A DNA stretch of 64,000 nucleotides from Nitrospirales bacterium (GCA_963555755.3 OY820905.2:2016001-2080000), one strand, 5' to 3'. Counted from the stretch's first letter, positions 30,681-41,169 are shown. The notes: a model not told the origin generated them from the letters alone. Numbers and translations: made by a program.

Positions 30681-30755
30681 AGAAACGGCAGTTGGGCGCA
30701 AAAAGGCGTGTAAGATATTGGTGTGCATGGTGAAATACAAAAAGTCGTGGTCACC
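30681..30755 (-). mobile_element. Remainder of the MITE D end split by the IS
   Basis: AGAAACGGCAGTTGGGCGCAAAAAGG...GTCGTGGTCACC, matching 16117-16196 and the reverse complement of the D ends. Confidence 0.8.
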
Positions 30756-30836
30756 ATAGGGGTCGGGCAAAATAGTGACCCAGTTGCCCCCCAGCTTAAC
30801 CATAACGTTGATGTCGCCTACATGTTTGAGTCAATC

Positions 30837-31688
30837 ATGAAATTAAAACATGGGAGCTCTCTTGTCCTCATCCTCACGTTGATCATGCCGTGCTTCCCAG
30901 TATTCGGCAAGGACAAGCCTGATATCATGCTGGCTAAAATTTACGAACGCGGCATCGATGTCACCCAGTATTGGGTGAGTGAAAAACTCGATGGAGTCCG
31001 GGCTCGATGGGACGGCACCCAGCTCATCTCCCGAGGGGGCCACACCTTCGCTGCGCCGGAATGGTTCACCCACGGTTTTCCGTCCATACCCTTGGACGGA
31101 GAATTATGGACCGAGAGAAGTCAGTATGAAAACCTGTCTTCGATTGTCAGAAAGCAACAACCCCATAAGGGATGGCGGTCCGTCCGCTTGATGGTATTTG
31201 ATCTTCCCGCTCATGGCGGTAGTTTTGACGAACGAGTCCAGGCCATGAAGCAGATCGTGCTCCAGACCAAATCACCCTACCTGGGGGTCATTGAACAATG
31301 GCGGGTCGGGAACGAAAACGAATTGAAGCAGCGATTGCAATCCGTGATCGATCGAGGCGGCGAGGGGTTGATGCTGCACCGCAACACGGCACGGTACGCG
31401 AGCGGTCGCAGTCACGATTTACTCAAACTCAAACCCTTTTCCGACGCCGAAGCCACGGTGATCGGCTATCGGCCAGGAAAGGGTAAATATCTCGGGCACG
31501 TCGGGTCGCTTAAAGTACAGACGGACGACGGGAGACAATTCTTTATCGGAACCGGACTCAGCGATGAAGAACGACGCCAACCCCCACCTCTGAATAGCAG
31601 AATAACCTTTCGTTTCCAAGGCCGGACAAAAAACGGCATCCCTCGCTTTCCGGTGTTTTTGCGCATCCGCGATGAAGAACCACAATAG
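30837..31688 (+). CDS. Minimal ATP-dependent DNA ligase with signal peptide (LigE-like)
   Basis: SEKLDGVRA (KxDG), LDGELW, EGLM, LLKLK and PRFP motifs; hydrophobic N-terminal signal-like segment. Confidence 0.9.
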   Translation: MKLKHGSSLVLILTLIMPCFPVFGKDKPDIMLAKIYERGIDVTQYWVSEKLDGVRARWDGTQLISRGGHTFAAPEWFTHGFPSIPLDGELWTERSQYENLSSIVRKQQPHKGWRSVRLMVFDLPAHGGSFDERVQAMKQIVLQTKSPYLGVIEQWRVGNENELKQRLQSVIDRGGEGLMLHRNTARYASGRSHDLLKLKPFSDAEATVIGYRPGKGKYLGHVGSLKVQTDDGRQFFIGTGLSDEERRQPPPLNSRITFRFQGRTKNGIPRFPVFLRIRDEEPQ

Positions 31689-31833
31689 GGAATATTGAAA
31701 AAGAGCGTCAACGGCGTTCTCGGCCCTTTGTCGTGCTCACGTACTCCCGTACGCTCCGCGCGCCAAAGCGCCTGCGGCCTTGCTGAGCGCACCTTCCTTC
31801 GGCGTTGGCTCAGGACAGGTTTTGAACATCCCC
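31688..31833. mobile_element. MITE family B copy
   Basis: GGGAATATTGAAAAAG ... TTTTGAACATCCCC; abuts the ligase stop codon. Confidence 0.75.
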
Positions 31834-32030
31834 TCTCGCTCTTGGGGGTTTATGAGATAAATCGGCATTATGGAAGTATTTCAATTATTCAACAGTCCCG
31901 CAATAGGCTCTGGAGGTCGGATCTTCTGGCACTTTCGTGATGTATTAAGCCCATCAGGGAAAATGCCGAATGAGGGAAGACCATCTGCCCTCATCCCCGT
32001 GTTCACAACCATTCCTGCGAGGCAAGGCTT

Positions 32031-33287
32031 ATGCGATGGGTTTTTCGAGCGGTGCTCCTGATCCTGATTCTTATCCCGGTATCCATGGTCGGTGCAGCGT
32101 ATTTGGCCATTGAAGACCAGCCCATGGTCCAGCGAGACGTTCAACTCACGCCCGACGAAGTACAACGAGCCAAAACGCTTTTCCAGGAACACGATCCTCG
32201 CACCTTACAAAATGGCGAAGTCAAAACCATGACGATCAGCCAGCAAGACCTCAGCTTAGCCTCGAATTATTTGGTGCATCTCCTGGGACGCGGCGGGTCA
32301 GTGGTAACGATCACCGATGGCTATCTTGTCAGCAAAACCACCGTCAAGCTCCCTAAGAATCCTGTGGGTGAGTATATCAACGTAGACCTCGGATTGGCGC
32401 AAACACGAGAGCTGCCTCAGTTAGTGCATCTCCGCATTGGACAACTCGAGATTCCCATATGGATCGCGGAAAAAGGACTTCAGCTTGTGCTCAATCAAGC
32501 CTATGCCGAAACAGGATCTCCCGCAGCCAGCGAGGTCATTCACCATGTCGCCATTCACCGCAACGAAATACAGGTCACCTATCAATGGGATACCAACATC
32601 ACCGATATTGTTCGAAACGTGCTGGTCTCACCGGAGGATCAAGAACGCTTGAAAGCCTATCATCAACGACTCACTCAGGTCGCCGCCAATATAGGGTCGC
32701 GCTCCACCGTGTCCCTCGTCAGGCTCATGCAACCGTTATTTGCCTTGGCCCAGGAACGTTCGAAAACCGGGGACGCAGTTCAAGAAAACCGTGCCGTGGT
32801 TCTGGTGCTCTCTGACTACATCAATGGCCGAGGATTGAGGCGGCTTGCGCCCGACTCCGAACATTGGCCACAGCCGGTTCGGCACAAAGTCACGCTCGCC
32901 GGGCGAAAAGACTTTTCGCAACACTTTATTATTTCCGCTGCGCTTTCCATGGAAGGCGGCAATCTGATGTCGAACGCCATCGGATTAATGAAAGAAATAG
33001 ATGATTCCCATGGCGGCAGCGGATTCAGCTTTACCGATTTGGGCGCGGATATGGCCGGCACGCGGTTCGGACTACAAGTCACCACTCCAACTTCTGCCAG
33101 CCATCTGCAACGCCGACTCGCCAACTCCGTTCGTGAACAAGACCTGATGCCGGAGGTCAGTGATTTACCTGAAGGATTGTCAGAACCGGAATTCGTCGAA
33201 CGCTTTGGTGGTGTGGATAGTCCGCGGTATAACCAGCTTGTCGCCAAAATCGATCGACGGGTGGCTGGTCTTAGCCTCTACCAATAA
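32031..33287 (+). CDS. Membrane-anchored hypothetical protein
   Basis: N-terminal TM helix; C-terminal HFIISA..KE..D..GSGFSFTDLGAD motif. Confidence 0.75.
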   Translation: MRWVFRAVLLILILIPVSMVGAAYLAIEDQPMVQRDVQLTPDEVQRAKTLFQEHDPRTLQNGEVKTMTISQQDLSLASNYLVHLLGRGGSVVTITDGYLVSKTTVKLPKNPVGEYINVDLGLAQTRELPQLVHLRIGQLEIPIWIAEKGLQLVLNQAYAETGSPAASEVIHHVAIHRNEIQVTYQWDTNITDIVRNVLVSPEDQERLKAYHQRLTQVAANIGSRSTVSLVRLMQPLFALAQERSKTGDAVQENRAVVLVLSDYINGRGLRRLAPDSEHWPQPVRHKVTLAGRKDFSQHFIISAALSMEGGNLMSNAIGLMKEIDDSHGGSGFSFTDLGADMAGTRFGLQVTTPTSASHLQRRLANSVREQDLMPEVSDLPEGLSEPEFVERFGGVDSPRYNQLVAKIDRRVAGLSLYQ

Positions 33288-33448
33288 TTCTGCTTTGTCT
33301 TCAGAGTAAGGATAGGCCCCAAAGAATCCATTACCCTTTGGCTTGGTTTCTCATTAAACCAGCCCCTTGCTTCCTCGGCATCGATTAACACCACATCCCT
33401 GAATTCCAACCACACGACAGGAGGAGCGGTTTTTTTCTAGATTTCATC

Positions 33449-33600
33449 TTGACACCTCTTTCCCGAGAAGCCTATGATTTTTTTATTACATTAAATTGCG
33501 GGTGTAGCTGATGGGGGTAACGTCTTTACATCCAGTCCCTTGGGTGGTGGAAACAGAGCCAAGCCTTTTTGGTCGTCATGACTGGAAGGGCTTTTTTGTT
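33449..33600 (+). promoter_or_regulatory. Promoter plus terminator-bounded leader or small RNA
   Basis: TTGACA-N18-TATGAT (33449-33478); GU-rich hairpin 33561-33593 followed by a U-tract. Confidence 0.45.
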
Positions 33601-33810
33601 TTCCCTACGTCACCACGAATATCCGGCTCCATCAAAACCCTGGGGGATAAGGAAGTGAAAACACGCAGAAAAGGCTTCCAAGGTCAAACGCTCGGCTCAG
33701 TCTACGATAATCGTATACACGAATCCCCTTTGGGGATATGAGTGTAATTCTGATAGGGTGGGTAAACCCTACAATAAATAGCCATCTTTTTCCTTTCAAG
33801 GAGGTGTTCA

Positions 33811-34611
33811 ATGGCAGGTCCGAAGTCAGGGTCTTTTTTTGGATCGAACGAATCAACGAATGGGTGTGTGATGGTGGTAGAAGATGATCCCGCTGTCCGG
33901 AGTGGAGTCTGTCAGTTCCTTCAAAAAGCGGGATACGACGTCGTTGAAGTGGATGATGGAGCGAAGGCCATCGAAACCATCGGTGCCGGAGAGAATCCCC
34001 TGATGGTCGATGTCGTAATCACGGATATCGACAAACCCACGGGAATGGAGGCTATCAACTTCCTCAAAAAGCAGTATCCCCGCGTGTCGGTAATCGCGCT
34101 CACGGGGTTAGAAGAGAACAAGCCGCCCACTCAGGAACAAACACAAGTGGTCATTCTGGGCGCAGGAAAAGGTGGCACTGCATTCCTTGACCTGTTGAGC
34201 CACCTCCCTGATGTCAAAATTGTGGGCATCACCGACAAAGTCTCGTCTTCACCTGGGTTAACCCGTGCCCGTCAACTTGGAGTCCCCGTTTGGGACAATA
34301 TCACAGACCTCATTGCTCAGGACGGTGTGAATCTGATTGTGGACGTCACCGGCAACCCGGACATGCCTCAGGTTATTGAGAAACATAAGAGTAATAAAGC
34401 CGAAATTCTTGGCGGCGCTGCATCAAAGCTTCTCTGGAATGTAGCGCAGTACGAATCTCAGATGCAGAATCATGTGTTGCAAACGGAGAAAGTCTCCAAC
34501 CTGATGAAAGCAGGATTGATCTTCGATTATCTGGTCAAACCGGTGCGGGAAGATAAGATCAACACCATGATCACCCAGGCCATGGATCATCGGGAAATCG
34601 CCAAGCTCTAA
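33811..34611 (+). CDS. Response regulator receiver domain with an inserted Rossmann-like domain
   Basis: VVEDD, VITD, ALTG ... ILGAGKGG ... DYLVKP. Confidence 0.82.
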   Translation: MAGPKSGSFFGSNESTNGCVMVVEDDPAVRSGVCQFLQKAGYDVVEVDDGAKAIETIGAGENPLMVDVVITDIDKPTGMEAINFLKKQYPRVSVIALTGLEENKPPTQEQTQVVILGAGKGGTAFLDLLSHLPDVKIVGITDKVSSSPGLTRARQLGVPVWDNITDLIAQDGVNLIVDVTGNPDMPQVIEKHKSNKAEILGGAASKLLWNVAQYESQMQNHVLQTEKVSNLMKAGLIFDYLVKPVREDKINTMITQAMDHREIAKL

Positions 34612-34905
34612 ACGACCACCGACTCTCGCAACAGACGTGATGCGAAATTTGTAAACGGAGGCACCATAGGGGAGGACAAAACCTCCGCTGTGGTGCCCTG
34701 GCCCTCCATTTTCAAATTGATGTCAATGAAAATAGGGCTTGTCCGGAAAACACGGCTCCACCCTCTTTCCGTCCTCTTGATAACATTTGGCCCTCACCCC
34801 CGTTCCTGTTTTTTCAGCAGACGCTCACCATTAAACCTAGAAAACACTGCTAGCGAGAACATTCAAGACAACAAGTGCGTCCTCAACAACCTATGAGGTG
34901 TGCTT

Positions 34906-35166
34906 ATGAGTCTTTATCCTTTCTCGCCTTCACGAAAACCTTGGGTGAAACCCACAGCAGCCGCGAACGAACTGGCAGCCCGTTTCCAACTTGGACCATC
35001 GCCAGCCATGATGTTATTCGGCTCCTCCCTTCGGTGCCGAAAATGTCAAGGATTGGTGATGATCCGATTACAAGACTTAGGAACTCTGCCAGAAATTCGG
35101 TGCGTGAATTGTGGATGGCGGCCACAGTATCATGACCGAGTCACGACGGAGTCGGACGCGAGTTGA
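34906..35166 (+). CDS. Small zinc-ribbon protein
   Basis: CRKCQG and CVNCGW pairs; GAGGTG RBS. Confidence 0.55.
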   Translation: MSLYPFSPSRKPWVKPTAAANELAARFQLGPSPAMMLFGSSLRCRKCQGLVMIRLQDLGTLPEIRCVNCGWRPQYHDRVTTESDAS

Positions 35167-35476
35167 TCCATCAGGCCAGCCACGAAGAAATTGTTACACG
35201 ACGATGTCTTCAAAATTCATTAGGGTGGGAACAATTATGACACACAGACTGGTGGGCATCTGCACATACCCGAATGACCGAGTACGTCAACGAGCAGGTC
35301 TTGCCCCTCCGTTCGACGTGGCAACGAAGGTCATAGAAATTTTGACTGTGGTTGCGAGAGGAAAGATCCAAATGTTGCTACATTGGAGAAGAGAGAAGAA
35401 AAATTCCTAGCAGATTCCTATCGCCCTCTGACGGCCACCCTGGCATGAAAAAAAGTAGAGTATCAGCGTAATATCT

Positions 35477-35944
35477 TTATTGGGAGCCAGAAAATTGAAG
35501 CTGCCGCCAGGCTTCATAGGCAATGACGGCGACCGCGTTGTTCAAATTCAGGCTACGGCTATTGGGTTTCATAGGAATGCGCAAGCGATGGATTGATGGC
35601 ACGTTGGCTAAAAAGTCGGCTGGAAGGCCTCTGGTTTCTGGGCCAAAAAACAGAGCATCACCTCGTGCGAAAGACACCTCGTGATACTGGGTTTGGCCTT
35701 TGGTGGTAATCGCAAATACTCGGGCGGGTTTTCTTTCATCGAGATAGGCTTCAAGGTTGGCATGAACGGACATGTTGGCTAACTCATGATAATCCAACCC
35801 TGCACGCCGAGCCTTTCGGTCATCGATTTTAAAACCCAAGGGGCGAATCAAATGCAGTGGGAAACCGGTATTCGCGCACAGCCGAATAATATTCCCGGCG
35901 TTCTGAGGAATTTCCGGTTGATAGAGAACGATATCCAGCATCAA
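35477..35944 (-). CDS. trmL: tRNA (cytidine/uridine34-2'-O)-methyltransferase
   Basis: [25 protein letters not shown] and RSLNL motifs. Confidence 0.95.
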   Translation of the reverse strand: MMLDIVLYQPEIPQNAGNIIRLCANTGFPLHLIRPLGFKIDDRKARRAGLDYHELANMSVHANLEAYLDERKPARVFAITTKGQTQYHEVSFARGDALFFGPETRGLPADFLANVPSIHRLRIPMKPNSRSLNLNNAVAVIAYEAWRQLQFSGSQ

Positions 35945-35975
35945 CAGGCATCACTACGATAGGCTGTTCCCTTAT

Positions 35976-36461
35976 TTATCCAACACCACAACATTTTTTA
36001 TACTTCTTCCCACTTCCACAGGGGCAGGGATCATTTCGCCCAACCTTGGGTGAAGCACGAACCACGGTTTGGCTTGGTTGCGAGCTATTCGAGTAATACC
36101 ATACTCCGTCCCGTTTATGAAATTGACTCAGCTCATGATGAATTTGTGGCCCTTCTTCGGTGAGAAACGTGGCCTTGAATTCGACTGTGCCGACCTCATC
36201 ATCCACACCACCCTGGGCGGTCTCAATGATTTCTAACCCATCCCAATTGGTCGTCTGGGCCCATTCCCGACTCCCCTGCATATCAATGTCCTGGCTTGTC
36301 TTGGGATCATGCGTCTGCTCAATAAAATCCATCTGAATTTGCGTATAAGCCGTATACCGGGCTCGCATGAGTTGCTCAGCGGTCTCTGCCTGTTTTTTCC
36401 CTATAATCAGAGGCTCGCAACAGTGACTATACTTCACTCCACTTTGACACGGACACTGCAT
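35976..36461 (-). CDS. ychJ: YchJ family protein with SEC-C motif
   Basis: CPCQSG..Y..CC, LMRARY, HELS and [18 protein letters not shown]. Confidence 0.92.
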   Translation of the reverse strand: MQCPCQSGVKYSHCCEPLIIGKKQAETAEQLMRARYTAYTQIQMDFIEQTHDPKTSQDIDMQGSREWAQTTNWDGLEIIETAQGGVDDEVGTVEFKATFLTEEGPQIHHELSQFHKRDGVWYYSNSSQPSQTVVRASPKVGRNDPCPCGSGKKYKKCCGVG

Positions 36462-36503
36462 ACCACACTCCATTTTGGATGATTCGAAAAACGTCGCCCT
36501 TTT

Positions 36504-36682
36504 GGACCTGAGAGAAAATAACTTGGACATCTCGCATCCAATCTTCGGGCCATCTTTGAACGGGCCTCAATCGAAACACCCTCAATATAGCTGGGCTATG
36601 CCTCGGGTCCTTCTCAATCGTTCCGTCCAAATCCGACCCAAATCTTGGCGCAATATTGTCCAAGATATTTTCTCTCAGGTCC
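36504..36682. mobile_element. MITE family H copy (empty)
   Basis: TIR GGACCTGAGAGAAAATA / TATTTTCTCTCAGGTCC. Confidence 0.85.
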
Positions 36683-36738
36683 TTGTACGTTCCTCTGACA
36701 AAGAAGTCAAAAGCTCATAACCCATACCCTTATTCTAA

Positions 36739-37638
36739 TCAGCGGTAAACCGAGAGGTAGGCACTATCGGCTTTTTTTCTGACCCAGGGGAATCGGAATA
36801 GCGTCCGAATCTGGCTGGAGTATTGCCCAATGTTGGCGTGTTGCCACAAGCCTTTTTCAAAATAGCGCTCATTCTCGATGTCACTGACAAATCCGGCAAA
36901 CCGTTCTTCCGTAAAAAAACTCACCGCCCAACTATTGGTCCACCTTGGTTGACACTGGCGAACATAGTCATCCACCTGGTAGAGCAGGGCTTGCATCTTT
37001 TCCAAATCAGTCATCACGGATTCACTGGTCAGAAGAAACAGCACATCATGGTCCTCGGGAATGCTGATAAGACCAATGGCCTGTTCTTGTTTTCCGCAGG
37101 CGATATCATCAATGGCATACACATCCCGTTGCCCAAGATCATCTTTGGGAATCGTAATGGTCCGAGGCGCTCCGTTTTTGCATACAAATTTTAGAGAAGG
37201 CGGGGGACAATCCCACTGAAGCTGAACACCGAAACGTTGAATGTCCTCCAACAGAGTCGGCATCCGATGGTTTAACACCAACGTATCTTGCACCGACTCG
37301 CCCGGAAGAAGCCGAATGCGTTGCGAACCGAAATTCCCACGAAAAATGCTTTGCGCAAGAGGACTGTGTGGCGCATCCATGCGAAACGCCAAGAGCCACT
37401 TGGAATCATTCGGAGGAGTCCAGGGCAAGTCATGCACATCCACAGTTAAAGTTTCAGAGCTGATATTGGTCAAATGAATGTGGATTTCATACTGACGGTT
37501 CTGAGGCTTCTTTAAAAAGACTTCCAAAGCCAGGGGCAACCGAGGTTCTGCTTCAGGCTCTTCGGCTTGGCCGATTGAGGCCGACATAACGGCCAGGACT
37601 CCAAAGCAAAATAATGTCGGCCATAACAATCTCTTCAT
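36739..37638 (-). CDS. Exported hypothetical protein
   Basis: Signal peptide MKRLLWPTLFCFGVLAVM; 299-aa ORF. Confidence 0.7.
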   Translation of the reverse strand: MKRLLWPTLFCFGVLAVMSASIGQAEEPEAEPRLPLALEVFLKKPQNRQYEIHIHLTNISSETLTVDVHDLPWTPPNDSKWLLAFRMDAPHSPLAQSIFRGNFGSQRIRLLPGESVQDTLVLNHRMPTLLEDIQRFGVQLQWDCPPPSLKFVCKNGAPRTITIPKDDLGQRDVYAIDDIACGKQEQAIGLISIPEDHDVLFLLTSESVMTDLEKMQALLYQVDDYVRQCQPRWTNSWAVSFFTEERFAGFVSDIENERYFEKGLWQHANIGQYSSQIRTLFRFPWVRKKADSAYLSVYR

Positions 37639-37767
37639 GTGATTTTCAGGGAACACGTGATGGCAAATAGCAGATCGTGGGATTTGACCTCCCTCCAATA
37701 ACAAGATAGGTCTATTCCAAGTGAATGGTCAAATCAAATTCAATTCGCTATGGTATACTCAATAGAG

Positions 37768-37880
37768 GAAATCCAAAACTCGAATATCGAAATCCGAAAC
37801 AATTTCAAACGTCCCGTTTGAAGCATTCTAAGTTTGGCATTTCAGATTTGTTTCGAATTTCGATATTCGTATTTCGAGTG
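37768..37880. repeat. Imperfect palindrome with heptad periodicity
   Basis: CTCGAATATCGAAATCCGAAACAA / TTGTTTCGAATTTCGATATTCG; related to 8040-8178. Confidence 0.6.
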
Positions 37881-37935
37881 TATGGAACGTATTGTAAAAC
37901 GACTAAATTTTACGAATGCACGCTCAGGATCGCCA

Positions 37936-39651
37936 ATGAAGACATCCTTTGTCCAACGTAAGGGCCGATGCAAGATTGCAGGTATTCTGGGAACCACCCT
38001 TCTCATGATTGTATGTGCGAGTCCCTCGGTGCTCAGCGATGATCAGCCCATAGACATGATTGCCGATCAGGCAACAACCGAGTGGTGGAATGGTGCCACA
38101 ACCCGTGCGCTGGATATTCTTGACCAAGGGATTCGAGACTATCCTCACGCTCCCACGCTCCACAAATTGCGAGGTGATGTCCTCGCAACCTCCCGCCGTG
38201 AGCATGACGCCGTGAAGGCCTATGAGACTGCACTGAAACACGCACCTGACGCGTTGGATGTCCGATGGGCGAAATGGAGTGTGTTACTTCGATCGGGGCA
38301 GGGCGAAAAAGCCATCGCCGAGCTTCAACATATTGCCCAACTCGATGCCAACAATCCCCTAGTGCCCTTACGGTTGGCGCAAGACCTCCGCAAACTCGAT
38401 CGTCTGGAGGAATCCCTGGAGTGGTATACCAAAGCGGTAGAACTGGTTCCGGACATGCCGGGTTGGCGGTTGGCGATGGCCCGGGCACAGTTTGATACCT
38501 TGGATGGCCGGGGCGCACGCGACGAAGTCAAACGCGTCCTAACAATGGTGAAACCTGGTTCGCCCGAGGAGATCGCAGCCCGCAGTCTGTTGTTGGTGGT
38601 CTATGGAGCCACCAAAGAACGAGGCCGACGCCATCAATATATTTTCAGTCCGGAAGGGACGTCGGCAGAGCGTAAGGAATGGGCCATGATTCGCGCAGAA
38701 TCATGGAGACTTGTCGAGGCGGAACGCTATGAGGAGGCCGAAACACTTTTGCGAAAAGTGCTCGTCCTCAAGCCCAATGACTACCGCGCAACGCATGACC
38801 TCGGAAGGGCCTTAATAGGCTTAGATCGGTGCCAGGATGCCGTGGATGTATTTGAAAAAATGTCAGGCCTGAGTCCCTCTGACGAAGTCTATGCCGACAC
38901 GTTTTTTCGGATAGGCCGATGTCTGATGAAGTTGGAACAATGGTCGGAAGCTCTTCTTTATTTTGAAGTACTGCATGACGCCGCCGTGGAGTTTGACCTC
39001 TCCACCAAGGACGCTCCAACCAAAGAGGGGCTGACCGTGTTGGATGCAGAGAAACTGGCCTGGTGGATCAAGAAAGTGAAACAACATCTTCCCGATCAGG
39101 CAAATGAGCGCACACCCCCCATCGATCCTAATAGCCCTACCCCCATGACTGAGGAAGAACTCTACGACCAACTTGCCAAAGAGAGGCTGGAACCCGAGAT
39201 CCCGATTTTCACACGGGCAGCGCTGATGGGGCGAGACGCTGATTTCAGTTTATTTCGATATGTCATTCCCGCCAACCGCGTCATGCGGGATGATCGACCA
39301 ACAGGCGCCCACGATTTTATCCCCATCGATCCACACGATACCTTTCCCACCACCCAGGGAGAAATCCACTTGGTATTTGGACTCGTCACCGCCTCCAACG
39401 ATGAGGTGCCACTCATCGCCGAATGTTATCTTGAAACCTCCAAAATCACCGGGGACCAACACGCCCTAGCCCAAGACCATATCGTCATGAGCATGAGTGA
39501 ACAAACCGGCTACTTTCTTTTATCCCCACCCGACACAGGATGGCCCCTCGGCCTTCACCGTTGCGGATTGTTTTTAGGCAATGAAGTGTCCGCCTACACC
39601 CACGCCGACGAAGTCCGGTTTCGAATCGTTGAACCCACCCCGTCGTCCTAA
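37936..39651 (+). CDS. Tetratricopeptide repeat protein, probably exported
   Basis: Repeated A..Y..AL...P TPR patterns after a hydrophobic N-terminal segment. Confidence 0.8.
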   Translation: MKTSFVQRKGRCKIAGILGTTLLMIVCASPSVLSDDQPIDMIADQATTEWWNGATTRALDILDQGIRDYPHAPTLHKLRGDVLATSRREHDAVKAYETALKHAPDALDVRWAKWSVLLRSGQGEKAIAELQHIAQLDANNPLVPLRLAQDLRKLDRLEESLEWYTKAVELVPDMPGWRLAMARAQFDTLDGRGARDEVKRVLTMVKPGSPEEIAARSLLLVVYGATKERGRRHQYIFSPEGTSAERKEWAMIRAESWRLVEAERYEEAETLLRKVLVLKPNDYRATHDLGRALIGLDRCQDAVDVFEKMSGLSPSDEVYADTFFRIGRCLMKLEQWSEALLYFEVLHDAAVEFDLSTKDAPTKEGLTVLDAEKLAWWIKKVKQHLPDQANERTPPIDPNSPTPMTEEELYDQLAKERLEPEIPIFTRAALMGRDADFSLFRYVIPANRVMRDDRPTGAHDFIPIDPHDTFPTTQGEIHLVFGLVTASNDEVPLIAECYLETSKITGDQHALAQDHIVMSMSEQTGYFLLSPPDTGWPLGLHRCGLFLGNEVSAYTHADEVRFRIVEPTPSS

Positions 39652-40274
39652 CACACCTGATAGGATGCTAAAAAAGCACGCCCTTCGACTGCCGGGGTGA
39701 CCGCGGCGCTCATGGCGAACGAACTCTCACCCAACGGGTGACGGCCACGGCACCCCAGTCGTGCTGAGCCCTGAGCTTGTCGAAGGGTCGAAGTATAAAC
39801 GGGAAAGTGTCATGTACCAGTTGTTTTTAGGACTATATTCTGGTGTACTGCTAAAAAATTTGCATTTATCAACAGCCCCATAATATTACCGATGTGTGTT
39901 TCTGCGCCAGTAGGGGATCATTGAGGCTCTTGCTCCCTGACCTGAGGCAGCCCAGAGGCTGAATTGTCATCTGCGGGATGAGACTGAGAGTGTTCAACCC
40001 TCCTTAGGGTTTGTGTCCCACCTATCTGCATCAAAACCTGTATTGAGAACTATTTAGGAGCTCCTTCAATAAGATGACCATATGGGTTTGTTGACAAGAC
40101 CCGAAGTTAAAACCCATTTCAATTTACATTGACCTAGTTGGGTAAGGTGATACAATCCAAGTAGAGATACAAGGTGTGTGGAAATTTTCCTAGTTGGACT
40201 CGACAAACATATAAGGGTATTCGCTCCTATCGCCTTCTTAACATTCTTTTGACTTTCAACACGGAGGAATCCTC

Positions 40275-40691
40275 ATGTCAGACTTAGCTGAGATCATCCG
40301 AAAAAATATCAAATCAATTGCTGCTGACCAGACTGCACTTGAGGCAGCTCGTCGAATGCGGGATGAACGAATTGGTTCACTGCTCGTCACAAAAAATGAT
40401 GAATATGTGGGCATTCTCACTGAGACTGATTTCGTACGAAAAGCTGCCGCCGAGGGGAAAAATGTTTCAACGCTTTCTGTCGAAGCTTTAATGAATCAGC
40501 CCGTTATAAGCATTGAATCAACGAAGACGGTACGGGATGCTATCGACAGGATGGGTGACTTTGGGATTCGCCATTTGGTGGTACGTGAAGCGGGGAAGGT
40601 CGTTGGGATGGTCTCTGTCCGGGATATTCTGATGTATTTTAAAAGTTTCACTAAACCAAGTTACTCCGAACCAAACATTACCCAAGACTAA
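40275..40691 (+). CDS. CBS-pair domain protein
   Basis: IGSLLV..VGILTETD and IRHLVV..VGMVSVRD. Confidence 0.88.
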   Translation: MSDLAEIIRKNIKSIAADQTALEAARRMRDERIGSLLVTKNDEYVGILTETDFVRKAAAEGKNVSTLSVEALMNQPVISIESTKTVRDAIDRMGDFGIRHLVVREAGKVVGMVSVRDILMYFKSFTKPSYSEPNITQD

Positions 40692-40828
40692 TTCCTAACA
40701 GGAATCCCGACAAAATATTTCAGTAATCTCGCAGGGTCAAAAAACTCGACACACCAGTTTCAGGTCTTCTGCCAAACCAACATCACACCATCAACCTTGG
40801 AGGGAACGAGAAGCCTTGGGATGGTTTA

Positions 40829-41169
40829 GGAGCCTGTCCGAGATTCGCGATCGTCACGAGGATGTGCTGGTTTGAGTCAGATGTTTTGATCATTTGAAGC
40901 GAATAGTGGGAATATTCAAAAAGGCCGTCCACCAAGACCGCAGAGCTTCCCGGCCTTCGTAGCCAAAGGCTACTTCGGCGGAGTAGGCTTAGCGCGCGGA
41001 GCGTACACGGAGTACGTGAGCACGCCAAAACCCCGAGAACGCAGCTGACTTGTCTGCCGTAGCCTTGGCGAAGGCTGGTGGCCTTTTTCAACATTCCCCG
41101 AAAAGGATCGGAAGATCTGGCCACTTCCAGCACATCCGCAGTAGATTCGGCTAATCTGGGACAGGCTCC
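40829..41169 (-). mobile_element. MITE E containing B (40908-41099) with REP-like inserts
   Basis: TIR GGAGCCTGTCC / GGACAGGCTCC, flanked by TA on both sides. Confidence 0.82.

Noticed and set aside
33495..33600. yybP-ykoY (Mn) riboswitch (GTAGC and CGTCATGAC strings)
   Set aside because: The conserved 3' GAGACC element is absent; kept only as an unclassified leader.
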